From Terrimicrobiaceae bacterium (GTDB taxonomy: Bacteria > Verrucomicrobiota > Verrucomicrobiia > Chthoniobacterales > Terrimicrobiaceae): 64,000 bases of DNA. The stretch's first letter is position 1; every line of letters begins with the position of its first letter. The notes beneath the pieces were generated by a model. The model searched no databases and had not been told where the DNA came from. It worked only from the letters and a program-made list of their open reading frames with translations. The position numbers and the translations under genes were made by a program. This document shows positions 37,905 through 47,708 of this stretch, piece after piece. The stretch covers positions 13,083-77,082 of the forward strand of contig JBGSVZ010000046.1 of the NCBI GenBank assembly GCA_041752695.1, given 5' to 3'.

Positions 37905-38983
37905 CCATCCTTCCCGAATATCGCACGTGGGCGGAGATTGATCTCTCGGCCATCCGTCACAACCTCGGGGTGGTGCGGGAAAAAATCGGCTCCACCCCGG
38001 GCATCGTCGCGGTGGTGAAGACCAATGCCTATGGCCACGGGATGCGGGAAGTCGCGGCCGCCATCGCCGACCAAGTCGCGCTTTTTGGCGTGACCAACAT
38101 CGAGGAGGCGCGGGGGTTGGAGGGTTTGGGACACGATGTGATTTTGCTCAGCCCCTCGCTGCCCGCCGAGCATCGCGAGGTGATCGCACGCCACTGCATC
38201 GCCACGGTCTCGAGTGCGGCGGAGGCGGCGCAATACCCGGGCGGGCGGATCAATTTTAAAGTCGATACCGGGATGGGCCGCATCGGGTGTTGGCAGGATC
38301 ATGCGCTCGACGAATTGCGCGCTCTGGTCGCCCTGCCAAATGTGGCCATCCACAGCATCTCCACCCACCTGCCTGTCCCGGACGAAGACGCAGGGTTCAC
38401 CCTTTCCCAACTGGAAAACTTCGCGGAACTCGCGCAAGCTTTCCGCAAGGTCGCGCCCGGCGCAAAACTTCACGCCTTGAACAGCGCGGGCATTCTGGGG
38501 TTTCCCGGCCACGCGCATGATCTGGTGCGGCCGGGGCTGATGCTCTACGGCAGCGCCTATCCGTCGGATTACCAGCAACTCCTGAATCCGGCCCTGACCT
38601 GGAAAACTCGGGTGCTGCTCGTGCGCGACTTGGAACCCGGGCGGGGCGTGAGTTATGGCCGGACGTTCGTCACCCGGCGCCACAGCCGCATCGCTTCGCT
38701 GGCCGTGGGATATGGCGATGGGTTTCCCCGCCAGGCCTCCAACCGCGGCGCTCATGTCCTGGTGGGAGGTGTCCGCTGTCCGGTGGTGGGCCGTGTGACG
38801 ATGGATCAAATCCTCGCAGACGTGACCGAGGCCCCCTGGGCGGGCCCGGGGGAAGAGGCCGTGCTCATCGGACGGCAGGGCCGGGAAGAGATTTTCGCCC
38901 GGGAACTGGCCGACCACGCCGGGACAATCTCCTGGGATATTTTTACCGGCCTGGGGCCGCGGGTGAAGCGTCTGCATTTCTAG
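37901..38983 (+). CDS. alr: Alanine racemase
   Basis: VVKTNAYGHG (PLP lysine), KVDTGMGRIG, VRPGLMLYG, VSYG, GRVTMDQ. Confidence 0.92.
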   Translation: MTILPEYRTWAEIDLSAIRHNLGVVREKIGSTPGIVAVVKTNAYGHGMREVAAAIADQVALFGVTNIEEARGLEGLGHDVILLSPSLPAEHREVIARHCIATVSSAAEAAQYPGGRINFKVDTGMGRIGCWQDHALDELRALVALPNVAIHSISTHLPVPDEDAGFTLSQLENFAELAQAFRKVAPGAKLHALNSAGILGFPGHAHDLVRPGLMLYGSAYPSDYQQLLNPALTWKTRVLLVRDLEPGRGVSYGRTFVTRRHSRIASLAVGYGDGFPRQASNRGAHVLVGGVRCPVVGRVTMDQILADVTEAPWAGPGEEAVLIGRQGREEIFARELADHAGTISWDIFTGLGPRVKRLHF

Positions 38984-39122
38984 AGCAAGTCATTGTTCCT
39001 GCTTGCGCGGCTACCGGATTGCGCCCTCCATCCCAAAGGAAAACCGCGGACTCGCTCAAGGTGGAGTCTGGAAATCATCGGAAGACTCGACAGCCCGGGA
39101 AAGTCTTTCTAGTTTCCCCCGC

Positions 39123-39548
39123 ATGTCCTCTCCCCAACCCGAGAACCCCGATTTTACCCCGGAATCCGCCTCGCCGACCGATATCGCCCCGCTTGGGCGG
39201 TCGGGCCCCAAGCCCGGTCACGAAAAGACCGGCGTGGAGGATATGGACATGGCCAATTGGGATGCCATTGCCGCCGACGCGGATTTCAAAAAGCTCCTCA
39301 AGGCGAAAGCTGCGTTCATCGTGCCGGCCACCATCTTTTTTGTGGTCTATTATTTCACCCTGCCGGTTCTGGTCGGATGGTTTCCGAAACTGATGGAAAC
39401 CGAGGTTTTTGGAAAAGTGAACCTCGCCTACGCTTTCGCGCTGTCCCAATTCTTCATGGCCTGGATCCTCGCGTTTCTTTACGTGGCCGCCGCGGCCGGA
39501 TGGGACCGTCAGGCCGCCGCCGTGCTGGCCAAATTTAACCGCAAATAA
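39123..39548 (+). CDS. DUF485 (YjcH-like) small membrane protein
   Basis: Two TM helices, ALSQF..AW...YV; directly upstream of actP. Confidence 0.8.
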   Translation: MSSPQPENPDFTPESASPTDIAPLGRSGPKPGHEKTGVEDMDMANWDAIAADADFKKLLKAKAAFIVPATIFFVVYYFTLPVLVGWFPKLMETEVFGKVNLAYAFALSQFFMAWILAFLYVAAAAGWDRQAAAVLAKFNRK

Positions 39549-39550
39549 TC

Positions 39551-41143
39551 ATGTTCCCCCACTTCCTCGCGGCCGCCACCGAGCCTGCCAAGCAAAGCAA
39601 CACGGCTCTTTTCATGTTCCTCGCCTTCGTGGCGGGGACGCTCGTCATCACGTATTTCAGCGCCCGGAAAAACACCGGATCCAGCGCCTACTTCGCCGCC
39701 GGCCGCCGCATCACCGGCTGGCAGAACGGTCTGGCCGTGGCCGGCGACTACATGAGCGCCGCCAGCTTCCTCGGCATTGCCGGCATGATTGCCCTCGATG
39801 GGTATGACGGGTTTATGTACTCCGTCGGATTTCTCGTCGCTTATCTGACCGTACTTTTCATCGTCGCCGAACCTCTGCGCAATGCGGGCAAATATACCAT
39901 GGCCGATGTCTTGGCCTACCGGCTGAAACCGCGTCCCGTTCGCGCCATGGCCTCCCTCAGCACCCTGACGGTTTCCATCTTTTACATGATCGCTCAGATG
40001 GTCGGCGCGGGGGCGCTGGTCCAGTTGCTCATTCCCATTATCAGTTACGAACAGGCCGTCATTGGCGTCGGCATCCTGATGGTGGTTTATGTGGTGTTCG
40101 GCGGCATGCTGGCGACCACGTGGGTGCAGATCATCAAGGCCGTGCTCCTGATGAGTGGCAGTCTTTTCCTCAGTGTACTCGTGATGGCTAAATTTAACTT
40201 CAGCTTCGGCGCCTTCTTCGAATCCCTCACCGCCATCACTTCGACGAACAAGGACGGCGTGGAAGTCACCCGCAACTTTCTCACCCCAGGGCTGATCTTC
40301 AAAAACCCGCTGGATCAGATCTCCCTCGGCATGGCGCTCGTTTTCGGCACCGCCGGCTTGCCTCACATCCTGATTCGCTTTTACACCGTGCCCGATGCGA
40401 AGACCGCGCGTTCCAGCGTGGTCTGGGCGATGTTGATCATTGGTCTTTTTTACATCATGACGACCTTCTTCGGCTTTGGTGCGGCCAGCCTGATGGGCCC
40501 CGACTACATCAAAGCCCACGGTGGGACCAACATGGCCGCTCCGGAACTGGCCCGCTTCCTCGGCGGTGAAGTGTTCTTCGCCTTCATCAGCGCCGTGGCC
40601 TTTGCCACCATCCTCGCGGTGGTCGCCGGATTGACGATCAGCGCCAGCACGAGCTTTGCCCACGATTTTTATTCCAACGTCCTGCACCATGGGAAAGAAA
40701 ACCGTCCCGGCCAGGAGGTGCGTGTTGCCCGTATCACGGCCTTCGTCGTCGGCGCGGCCTCCATCGTCATCGCCATCATTCTGGGGCCAAAAATCAATGT
40801 GGCCTTCCTCGTCGGGCTGGCCTTTGCCGTGGCCGCCAGCGCGAATCTGCCGGTCATCATTTTCTCGATCTTCTGGAAACGCTTCAACACGGTGGGTGCG
40901 GTCACGGGCCTCAGCGTTGGTCTCGTTTCCAGCATCGTCCTCATCCTCATCGGGCCGGAAATCATGAAAGGGAATGCCATTTTCCCGCTGAAAAATCCCG
41001 CCCTCGTGAGCATCCCGCTCGGATTCCTCGGAGCCTTCATCGGCACCCTCTGCTCCCGCGAACCCAGCGCGGAAGCGATGTTCACCGAACTCGAAGTCCG
41101 CTCTAACACCGGCCTCGGGGCGGAAAAGGCGACGAGTCATTGA
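39551..41143 (+). CDS. actP: Cation/acetate symporter (solute:sodium symporter family)
   Basis: WQNGLAVAGDYMSAASFLG, GTAGLPHILIRFYTVP, TGLGAE. Confidence 0.88.
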   Translation: MFPHFLAAATEPAKQSNTALFMFLAFVAGTLVITYFSARKNTGSSAYFAAGRRITGWQNGLAVAGDYMSAASFLGIAGMIALDGYDGFMYSVGFLVAYLTVLFIVAEPLRNAGKYTMADVLAYRLKPRPVRAMASLSTLTVSIFYMIAQMVGAGALVQLLIPIISYEQAVIGVGILMVVYVVFGGMLATTWVQIIKAVLLMSGSLFLSVLVMAKFNFSFGAFFESLTAITSTNKDGVEVTRNFLTPGLIFKNPLDQISLGMALVFGTAGLPHILIRFYTVPDAKTARSSVVWAMLIIGLFYIMTTFFGFGAASLMGPDYIKAHGGTNMAAPELARFLGGEVFFAFISAVAFATILAVVAGLTISASTSFAHDFYSNVLHHGKENRPGQEVRVARITAFVVGAASIVIAIILGPKINVAFLVGLAFAVAASANLPVIIFSIFWKRFNTVGAVTGLSVGLVSSIVLILIGPEIMKGNAIFPLKNPALVSIPLGFLGAFIGTLCSREPSAEAMFTELEVRSNTGLGAEKATSH

Positions 41144-41149
41144 TTTTCC

Positions 41150-41398
41150 ATGCCGCGAATCGATATCCCGGGCAAATATCGGTTCAGCTTCGTCAGTTTC
41201 GATCTGACCGAACCGTGCCACGTCCCCGTGCGTGAAGGCACGCGCGGTGCAAAACTCTGGATCGCATCCATGGTCTTCGCCTGGAGTGATTTTAAACCTC
41301 ACGAAAACGCGGAAATCTTGCGGATCGCAACCGAACACCTTACCTTGATCGAGGGAAGTTGGTTGGAGCATGAACGACGTGCGGGCAATCAAGATTGA
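41150..41398 (+). CDS. DUF4160 family protein (putative toxin)
   Basis: YRFSF.S.D..EP.HV.V..G..GAK.W; paired with DUF2442. Confidence 0.7.
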   Translation: MPRIDIPGKYRFSFVSFDLTEPCHVPVREGTRGAKLWIASMVFAWSDFKPHENAEILRIATEHLTLIEGSWLEHERRAGNQD

Positions 41399-41624
41399 GT
41401 GCAACGAAGACGCCTTCAGCGTTTTGCTGAACGACGGGCGGACGCTCACCGTACCCTACATTTGCTTTCCGATCCTGGATGCGGCGTCTCCTTCCCAACG
41501 CGAATCGGTGGAGATCTACGCCAATGGCCGCATGCTGCATTGGCCCAAATGCGACGAAGACATTGAAGTGGCTCACCTACTTTCGGGGAAGCTCCCTCGA
41601 AAACTTCACCTCGCCGTGATGTGA
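41370..41624 (+). CDS. DUF2442 family protein (putative antitoxin)
   Basis: V.L.DGR.L.VP...FP.L..A...QR...G..LHWP..DEDI. Confidence 0.8.
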   Translation: MNDVRAIKIECNEDAFSVLLNDGRTLTVPYICFPILDAASPSQRESVEIYANGRMLHWPKCDEDIEVAHLLSGKLPRKLHLAVM

Positions 41625-41746
41625 GCGTGGCTCGGCGCGATGCTTCATTGATTTTCCCCACCCCCCGCGTATAGCTACGGACGGCCCAGCGGGCGGTCTT
41701 TCCCAGTTTTAGGGGAGGATGCGCCGCTCGCGGGCGTGAATTGATT

Positions 41747-43084
41747 ATGTTTTCCAGACTTTCCGACAAACTTCAGGACGTTTTTAAAGACCTCCGCGGC
41801 CACGGCCGGATCAGCGAGCAAAACGTCACCGACGCGATGCGCGAGGTGCGCATGGCGCTGCTCGAGGCCGACGTTCATTTTCAGGTCGCCAAAGATTTTA
41901 TCGCCCGGATCAAGGAAAAGGCCCTCGGCGAGGAAGTCCTGCGGAGCGTCACTCCCGGCCAGCAGATCGTCAAAATTTTCCAGGACGAACTCACCGCCCT
42001 CCTCGGCGGCGACGCCTCCCCGCTCAATCTCGACAAACCCGCCCGCATCCTCGTGGTCGGTCTCAACGGCGCCGGCAAAACCACCTCCTCGGCCAAGCTC
42101 GCCCGCTGGCTGAAAGGCCAGGGACGCACCCCCCTTCTGGTCGCCTGCGATTTGCACCGCCCCGCCGCCATCGCCCAGCTCGCCACCTTGGGAGAACAGG
42201 TCGGCGTCCCGGTTTTCCAACCCCAGGCCGGCGAGACGGATGTACTCCGCGTCGGAAAAGAAGCCTCCGCCTGGTGCGAGGCGCAAGGCGGCAACGTCCA
42301 GATTTACGACACGGCCGGACGCCAGGAAATCGACGAACCCCTCGTGCAGGAACTCAAAAGGCTGAAGGAATACCTCCAGCCCCAGGAAGTCCTCCTTGTC
42401 TGCGACGCCGCCACCGGACAGCAGGCCGTCAGCGTGGCGGAACATTTTCACAGCGCCCTCGGCCTCACCGGCATCATCCTGACCAAACTCGACGGCGACG
42501 CGCGCGGTGGTGCCGCTCTTTCCCTCCGGGAAGTTACGAAACAGCCGATCAAATTCGCCGGCGTCGGGGAAAAAATCGATCAATTCGAGCCCTTTTACCC
42601 CGACCGCCTGGCCGGGAGGATCCTCGGCATGGGTGACGTCGTCAGCCTGGTCGAGAAGGCCGCGGAGGCCATCACCGAGGACGATGCCCGCCGGATGGAG
42701 GAAAAATTGCGCACCTCCTCCTTCGATCTCGAAGACTTTCTCCACCAGTTCAAAATGCTCAAGCGAATGGGCCCCCTTGAAAATATCCTTGGCATGTTGC
42801 CCGGGATGGATAAATTAAAAGGTTCCTCGATTGACGAGGGTCAGCTCAAACGGGTGGAGGCGATTATTCTCTCCATGACACCAAAGGAGCGGAAGCGTCC
42901 GGATACACTGAACGCACGCCGCCGCCAACGGGTCGCCCGGGGGAGCGGCACCAGCGTCACCGAAGTAAACAACCTCCTCTTGCGCTTCTCCCAGATGCGC
43001 AAGATGATGAAAAACACGGGCAAGATGAAAAAGATGCTTGCCCAGGCGAGCCGGGCAGGAATCGGCATCCCTGGACTAAAATAG
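41747..43084 (+). CDS. ffh: Signal recognition particle protein
   Basis: GLNGAGKTT, DTAGR, TKLDGDARGG, M-domain. Confidence 0.96.
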   Translation: MFSRLSDKLQDVFKDLRGHGRISEQNVTDAMREVRMALLEADVHFQVAKDFIARIKEKALGEEVLRSVTPGQQIVKIFQDELTALLGGDASPLNLDKPARILVVGLNGAGKTTSSAKLARWLKGQGRTPLLVACDLHRPAAIAQLATLGEQVGVPVFQPQAGETDVLRVGKEASAWCEAQGGNVQIYDTAGRQEIDEPLVQELKRLKEYLQPQEVLLVCDAATGQQAVSVAEHFHSALGLTGIILTKLDGDARGGAALSLREVTKQPIKFAGVGEKIDQFEPFYPDRLAGRILGMGDVVSLVEKAAEAITEDDARRMEEKLRTSSFDLEDFLHQFKMLKRMGPLENILGMLPGMDKLKGSSIDEGQLKRVEAIILSMTPKERKRPDTLNARRRQRVARGSGTSVTEVNNLLLRFSQMRKMMKNTGKMKKMLAQASRAGIGIPGLK

Positions 43085-43141
43085 AGCCCGATCCGAAACC
43101 AAGGGCCGCAACCAACCAAACAACTCTCAACTCAACTTAAC

Positions 43142-43402
43142 ATGGCAGTGGCAATTCGACTCCGTCGCGATGGCGCGCGGAATAATCCCTACTACAAGAT
43201 TGTGGTCGCCGATCAGCGCAGCCCGCGTGACGGCAAATTCATCGAAATCATCGGGACCTACGACCCGAAGAAGAAAGACGAAAACTTCACCATCCAACTC
43301 GAACGCGCGGAATATTGGGTGGGCGTCGGTGCCCGTCCGTCCCAGACGGTCGGCAGCATCATCACCAAAGCGAAGAAAAAAGTCGCAGAAGTCGCGGCCT
43401 AA
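43142..43402 (+). CDS. rpsP: 30S ribosomal protein S16
   Basis: MAVAIRLRR.G....PYYKIVVAD.RSPRDG. Confidence 0.96.
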   Translation: MAVAIRLRRDGARNNPYYKIVVADQRSPRDGKFIEIIGTYDPKKKDENFTIQLERAEYWVGVGARPSQTVGSIITKAKKKVAEVAA

Positions 43403-43420
43403 GGCGCGCGCACGGTCCGC

Positions 43421-43651
43421 ATGGAGGAATTCCTGCGCTTCGTCATCGGCCAGCTCGTGGAGTTTCCGGAGGACATTGTCCTCACCAAAACGGAAACTGA
43501 TGACCGCGTCGTCTTCCATCTTGCCCTGCGCAAGACGGACATTCCAAAAATTATTGGCAAAAGCGGGCACACCATCCAAGCTCTGCGCACGCTTTTGAAC
43601 GCCTCCGCCAGCAAGCGGGGGATGAAGGCGGGTCTGGAAATCATCGAATGA
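43421..43651 (+). CDS. khpA: KH domain RNA-binding protein
   Basis: KIIGKSGHTIQALRTL; canonical position after rpsP. Confidence 0.85.
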   Translation: MEEFLRFVIGQLVEFPEDIVLTKTETDDRVVFHLALRKTDIPKIIGKSGHTIQALRTLLNASASKRGMKAGLEIIE

Positions 43652-43839
43652 AACGCCTTTTCTTTATCTGCATCGCCGGCGGCCTTCTCTGCCTCGGCGG
43701 CATCGGTTGCGAACAGCACTCTCCCGAGGAAACGATTCCGGGTTACGCGGAGAAAAAGCAGTCCGCCGAGGAGCAGACGGCGACCAAGGCCGAAGGGGCC
43801 AATCCCAACGCTCCTGCCTATTTTCCGCCCAAGGAATAA
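43648..43839 (+). CDS. Small hypothetical lipoprotein
   Basis: LGGIGC lipobox; ATGA overlap with khpA. Confidence 0.6.
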   Translation: MKRLFFICIAGGLLCLGGIGCEQHSPEETIPGYAEKKQSAEEQTATKAEGANPNAPAYFPPKE

Positions 43840-43872
43840 GCGGCCTTTCGCGCGGGGCAGGATGGCAACGCC

Positions 43873-44085
43873 ATGAAAAGTCTCCTGCTGGCCGCTCTCT
43901 GGATGATCCCGTTTTATTTTTTGGGATTATTCGGATGCCTCTGGCTGCTGCCTTACCTTTCCCCAAACTCCCACGACGCCTCGATCGAGGCCGCGATGAC
44001 CGGGGCCTTTTTCGTCGGGCCCCTGGCCGCTCTTGCCGGATTCACGGGCGGGTTCTTTTTTCATCGCTCCCGGAAGAGTCGGTGA
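43873..44085 (+). CDS. Small two-TM membrane protein
   Basis: Two hydrophobic segments flanking SPNSHD..IEAAMTG. Confidence 0.55.
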   Translation: MKSLLLAALWMIPFYFLGLFGCLWLLPYLSPNSHDASIEAAMTGAFFVGPLAALAGFTGGFFFHRSRKSR

Positions 44086-44196
44086 GATTTCCGTCTACCG
44101 AGCTTAATCGGGCTTAATCACAACAGGACCGCAGCAAATTATGGAGTTCATCGCGCAGAAAAGCGTCGGCGCGAGCCTGCGATTCACCGCGGCACG

Positions 44197-44634
44197 TCAT
44201 CCGAATATGAAGATGATTTTCGTGGTTCGAGAGAAATCCGCGTAGGCCTCGGCTGTGAACGGCATATTCGCGTAAGCCTCGCGAACAATTGCTTCGGCAG
44301 CGTTTGCGATTTCCGGCGAGACCGAACCACGGACCCCCAGAATGGTCATCTGTCGGTTTGGAGCAAAACTGACATCCACCTCCACCCGTGTCATCGGCAG
44401 GGGATAATTCCGAATGCCGTCGAACTGATTGGAACCGAGGCGGGAAAGATATCCGATAAATTCCGAAAAATAGAGACTGTGAGATCCATCCACATTCAAG
44501 CTCGGACCCTGAACGGCAGCCCACACGTTTTTCCCGCGCGGACGGGATTTGGACGCTTCGATCGACTTCTGGATTGCGGCGCATCCCGCGAATGCAAAAA
44601 GCATCAGAGCCACACCGATTGAGAGGAATCTCAT
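44197..44634 (-). CDS. Hypothetical lipoprotein, C-terminus possibly TonB/TolA C-terminal-like
   Basis: FAGC lipobox; beta-beta-alpha-beta pattern ending in IIFIFG. Confidence 0.45.
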   Translation of the reverse strand: MRFLSIGVALMLFAFAGCAAIQKSIEASKSRPRGKNVWAAVQGPSLNVDGSHSLYFSEFIGYLSRLGSNQFDGIRNYPLPMTRVEVDVSFAPNRQMTILGVRGSVSPEIANAAEAIVREAYANMPFTAEAYADFSRTTKIIFIFG

Positions 44635-44801
44635 CGGGGCATTGAAAGCCTTCCGCCTAGACGACTGTCAATGCCGATACAGCACTCCCGACCCAACAGG
44701 GCAACTCAGAGTCTCCGCAAGCCTCACAAAACCCGAAACCCCGGCTTTTTTTCACGCATCTCTTGACGATTTTTCACCGACACGACAAAACCACGGGAGT
44801 A

Positions 44802-46427
44802 ATGAGCGCTACGGCAACCGAGGTTCCAATGTTAAACGTCCAGGTGGACGGGGAATGGAAACAATTTCCCAAGGGCACAAGGCTCATTGAGGCATGCATG
44901 AAGAGCGGGAGTTTTATCCCGCACTACTGCTACCACCCGAAACTCAGTTCGCCGGGCAACTGCCGGATGTGCCTCGTGGAGATGGGCATGCCGAAGATGA
45001 CCCCGGACCGCAAACCCATCATGGGCGCGGACGGAAAACCCGAGATCGCCTGGAGCCCGCGGCCGGCCATCTCCTGCGCCACCGAGGTGAGCGAAGGCAT
45101 GGGCGTCCGCACGACGTCCCCCATGGTCGAGGAATGCCGCAAGGGCGTGATGGAATTTCTCCTCATCAATCATCCGCTCGACTGTCCGATCTGCGACCAG
45201 GCGGGGGAATGCCGCCTCCAGGAATTTTCCGTCGAATACGGCAAGGGCGACTCGCGTTTCCTTGAGGATAAGGTCAAAAAACCGAAACGCGTGGACATCG
45301 GCCCGCGCATCGTGCTCGATGACGAGCGCTGCATCATGTGTTCCCGGTGCATCCGGTTCATGCAGGAAGTGGCCAAGGACGACGTGCTGGGCTTCGTCAA
45401 TCGCGGCAGTCACACCACGCTGACGGTTTACCCCGGCCGATCGCTGGACAACAATTATTCTCTCAACACCGTGGACATCTGCCCGGTGGGTGCCCTGACC
45501 TCCAAGGATTTCCGCTTCGGCATGCGTGTCTGGTTCCTGCGGGAAACCAAGAGTATCGACGTCAATTGCGGCACGGGGGCAAACATCCTCATCTCCAGCC
45601 GCGAAAACGCCCTCTATCGCATCACTCCCCGGGAAAACGACTTCGTCAATTCCTGCTGGATGCCCGACAACCACCGGCTGAATTACCATTACGTCAACAG
45701 CCCTGAGCGGCTGAAGGACCCCGCCGTTCGTGGCGAAGAGCCCCCCGCCAAATGGCCCCATGCCATCCAGACCGCTGTGGCCCAGCTGCAGAAAAATGCC
45801 GGCGCGACCGCCATGATCGCTTCCGCCCGCATGACGAACGAGGAGATGTTCCTCGCCGCCCGACTGGCCAAAACGCTGGGCATCACCCTGCTCGACGTGC
45901 TGCCCCGCCCGCAGAAAGGCGATGGGTTCCTCATTTCCGACGACGGCAACCCGAACACATCCGGCGCGAAACTTTTCGACCTCGCCACCGGCAAACTCCC
46001 CGAGATCGCCTCGGGAGTGGCCTCCGGCAAAATCAAAGCCCTCCTCGTTTTGGGCGAAGACGCCGTCGATTGCGGAATCGCAGAAGGCGACCTGGCCAAG
46101 CTCGACGCCCTCGTCGTCACCAGCATCCTGCCGGACAAGACCACCGCCGCCGCCAGCGTGGTGCTTCCTTCAGCCTCTTGGGCCGAGAAGCGCGGCTCCA
46201 TGATCAATCTCAAAGGCCGCCTCCAGCGCCTCAACCAGGCCATCGCGTCGCCTGGGCAGGCCCGGGACGACTGGGAAATCCTGCGCGACCTCATCCAGGC
46301 CGCCGGGGGATCGAACGGCATCTACACCATCGACGAACTTTTCCAACAGATGGCCGGGGCCACCACCGCACTGGCGGGTCTCAGCCTGGGAAGAATCGGC
46401 GACATCGGCATCGAACTGACCCTTTAA
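44802..46427 (+). CDS. nuoG: NADH:quinone oxidoreductase subunit G (short form)
   Basis: CYHPKL...GNCRMCLVE, HPLDCPICDQAGECRLQ, CIMCSRCIRF, DICPVGAL. Confidence 0.93.
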   Translation: MSATATEVPMLNVQVDGEWKQFPKGTRLIEACMKSGSFIPHYCYHPKLSSPGNCRMCLVEMGMPKMTPDRKPIMGADGKPEIAWSPRPAISCATEVSEGMGVRTTSPMVEECRKGVMEFLLINHPLDCPICDQAGECRLQEFSVEYGKGDSRFLEDKVKKPKRVDIGPRIVLDDERCIMCSRCIRFMQEVAKDDVLGFVNRGSHTTLTVYPGRSLDNNYSLNTVDICPVGALTSKDFRFGMRVWFLRETKSIDVNCGTGANILISSRENALYRITPRENDFVNSCWMPDNHRLNYHYVNSPERLKDPAVRGEEPPAKWPHAIQTAVAQLQKNAGATAMIASARMTNEEMFLAARLAKTLGITLLDVLPRPQKGDGFLISDDGNPNTSGAKLFDLATGKLPEIASGVASGKIKALLVLGEDAVDCGIAEGDLAKLDALVVTSILPDKTTAAASVVLPSASWAEKRGSMINLKGRLQRLNQAIASPGQARDDWEILRDLIQAAGGSNGIYTIDELFQQMAGATTALAGLSLGRIGDIGIELTL

Positions 46428-46430
46428 AAG

Positions 46431-47663
46431 ATGGACCTTTTTTCCCTTGCCATGCAACCCGAGGTGTTCCTCGTCTGGACCTCGATTGCCAAGACCGCCT
46501 TCATCGTTTTTGCGGTGGTGCTGCCGCTCGTCTCGCTCTCCGTTTTCGCCGAACGCAAGGTCTGCGCGTTCATTCAAGATCGCCTCGGCCCCAACCGCGT
46601 GGGGCTGCCCACAACGCTCGTGGGCTTCAAGACCGACTGGCGGCTCGCCGGCATCGGCCAGATGATTGCCGACCCAATCAAGCTGGTGCTGAAGGAAAAC
46701 TTCATCCCGGCCAGCGTGAACAAATTTTATTATTACATCGCGCCCAAGCTCTCGATGATCCCGCCGATCCTCGTCTTCGCGGTGCTGCCCTTTGGCTCGA
46801 CGTTTTTCGGCGTTCCCATGGTGATCGCCAACATCGATATCGGCGTGCTTTTTGTCTTCGCGGTTTCCTCGCTCGGGGTCTACGGCATCGTGTTGGCCGG
46901 CTGGGCCTCGAATTCGAAGTATCCCTTTCTCGGAGGCATCCGTTCCAGTTCGCAGATGATTTCCTACGAGCTGTCCCTCGGGCTTTCGGTCATCCCTGTT
47001 TTTCTCCTTATTGGCACGCTCAACATGCAGGACATCGTCCTCTGGCAGCGCGAATACGGCTGGTTGGTTTCTCCGGTCTGGTTCAAGGACCTCACTCTCG
47101 AAAAAGTTGTCCACCTCGATTTCGCCGGCATTTGGGCGGCGATTCAGACGGGATTCTCCTGGCAGCGGCTCCTGCTTTGGATCCCGATGATCATCTCGTT
47201 CCTGATTTTCCTCATCGCGATGTTCGCGGAAACCAACCGCATGCCGTTCGACCTTCCGGAGGCGGAACAGGAACTCGTGGGCGGCTACCACACGGAATAT
47301 TCCGGCATGGGATTTGCGCTGTTTTTCCTGGGAGAATACGCCGCCATGATCGCCGGGTCCGGGGTGATCGTGACCCTGTTTCTCGGCGGCTGGAGCCTGC
47401 CTTGGATCCCCGACGGGGCGAGCACGTCATTTTTTAACCTGGCCTTCATCCCGGGCTGGCTGGCGGGCGCGCTGTGGGGCCTCGTCAACATCACCGTTTT
47501 CTTCGGCAAGGTCTCGATGCTGCTGCTCTTCTTCATCTGGGTGCGTTGGACTCTGCCTCGCTTCCGCTATGACCAGCTGATGAATTTGGGCTGGTACTTC
47601 TTCTTCGAGCTGGCGCTGGTGAACATCTTCATCGTCGCCGCCATCGTCGCCTTCGTCAGATAG
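46431..47663 (+). CDS. nuoH: NADH:quinone oxidoreductase subunit H
   Basis: ERK..AFIQDRLGPNRVG, AETNRMPFDLPEAEQELVGGYHTEYS, PRFRYDQLM. Confidence 0.96.
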   Translation: MDLFSLAMQPEVFLVWTSIAKTAFIVFAVVLPLVSLSVFAERKVCAFIQDRLGPNRVGLPTTLVGFKTDWRLAGIGQMIADPIKLVLKENFIPASVNKFYYYIAPKLSMIPPILVFAVLPFGSTFFGVPMVIANIDIGVLFVFAVSSLGVYGIVLAGWASNSKYPFLGGIRSSSQMISYELSLGLSVIPVFLLIGTLNMQDIVLWQREYGWLVSPVWFKDLTLEKVVHLDFAGIWAAIQTGFSWQRLLLWIPMIISFLIFLIAMFAETNRMPFDLPEAEQELVGGYHTEYSGMGFALFFLGEYAAMIAGSGVIVTLFLGGWSLPWIPDGASTSFFNLAFIPGWLAGALWGLVNITVFFGKVSMLLLFFIWVRWTLPRFRYDQLMNLGWYFFFELALVNIFIVAAIVAFVR

Positions 47664-47671
47664 TCCACCGA

Positions 47672-47687
47672 TGGCACGGGATGTGCT
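47672..47687 (+). promoter_or_regulatory. Sigma54-type -24/-12 promoter upstream of eutB
   Basis: TGGCACGGGATGTGCT: GG-N10-GC spacing with TGGCAC. Confidence 0.65.
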
Positions 47688-47708
47688 GATTTTCCGCGAG
47701 GGAAACCG

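Noticed and set aside
39509..41449. Long antisense ORFs (e.g. 646 aa opposite actP; also 1709-2923, 9738-11183, 11510-12961, 52686-54026, 59186-60907)
   Set aside because: Shadow frames expected from GC-rich codon bias; no recognisable motifs
43421..44085. Absence of rimM-trmD-rplS after ffh-rpsP-khpA
   Set aside because: Operon splitting here is common; not informative without the rest of the genome
45752..47437. 561-aa Arg/Pro-rich ORF overlapping nuoG/nuoH on the same strand
   Set aside because: Alternative-frame artefact of high GC
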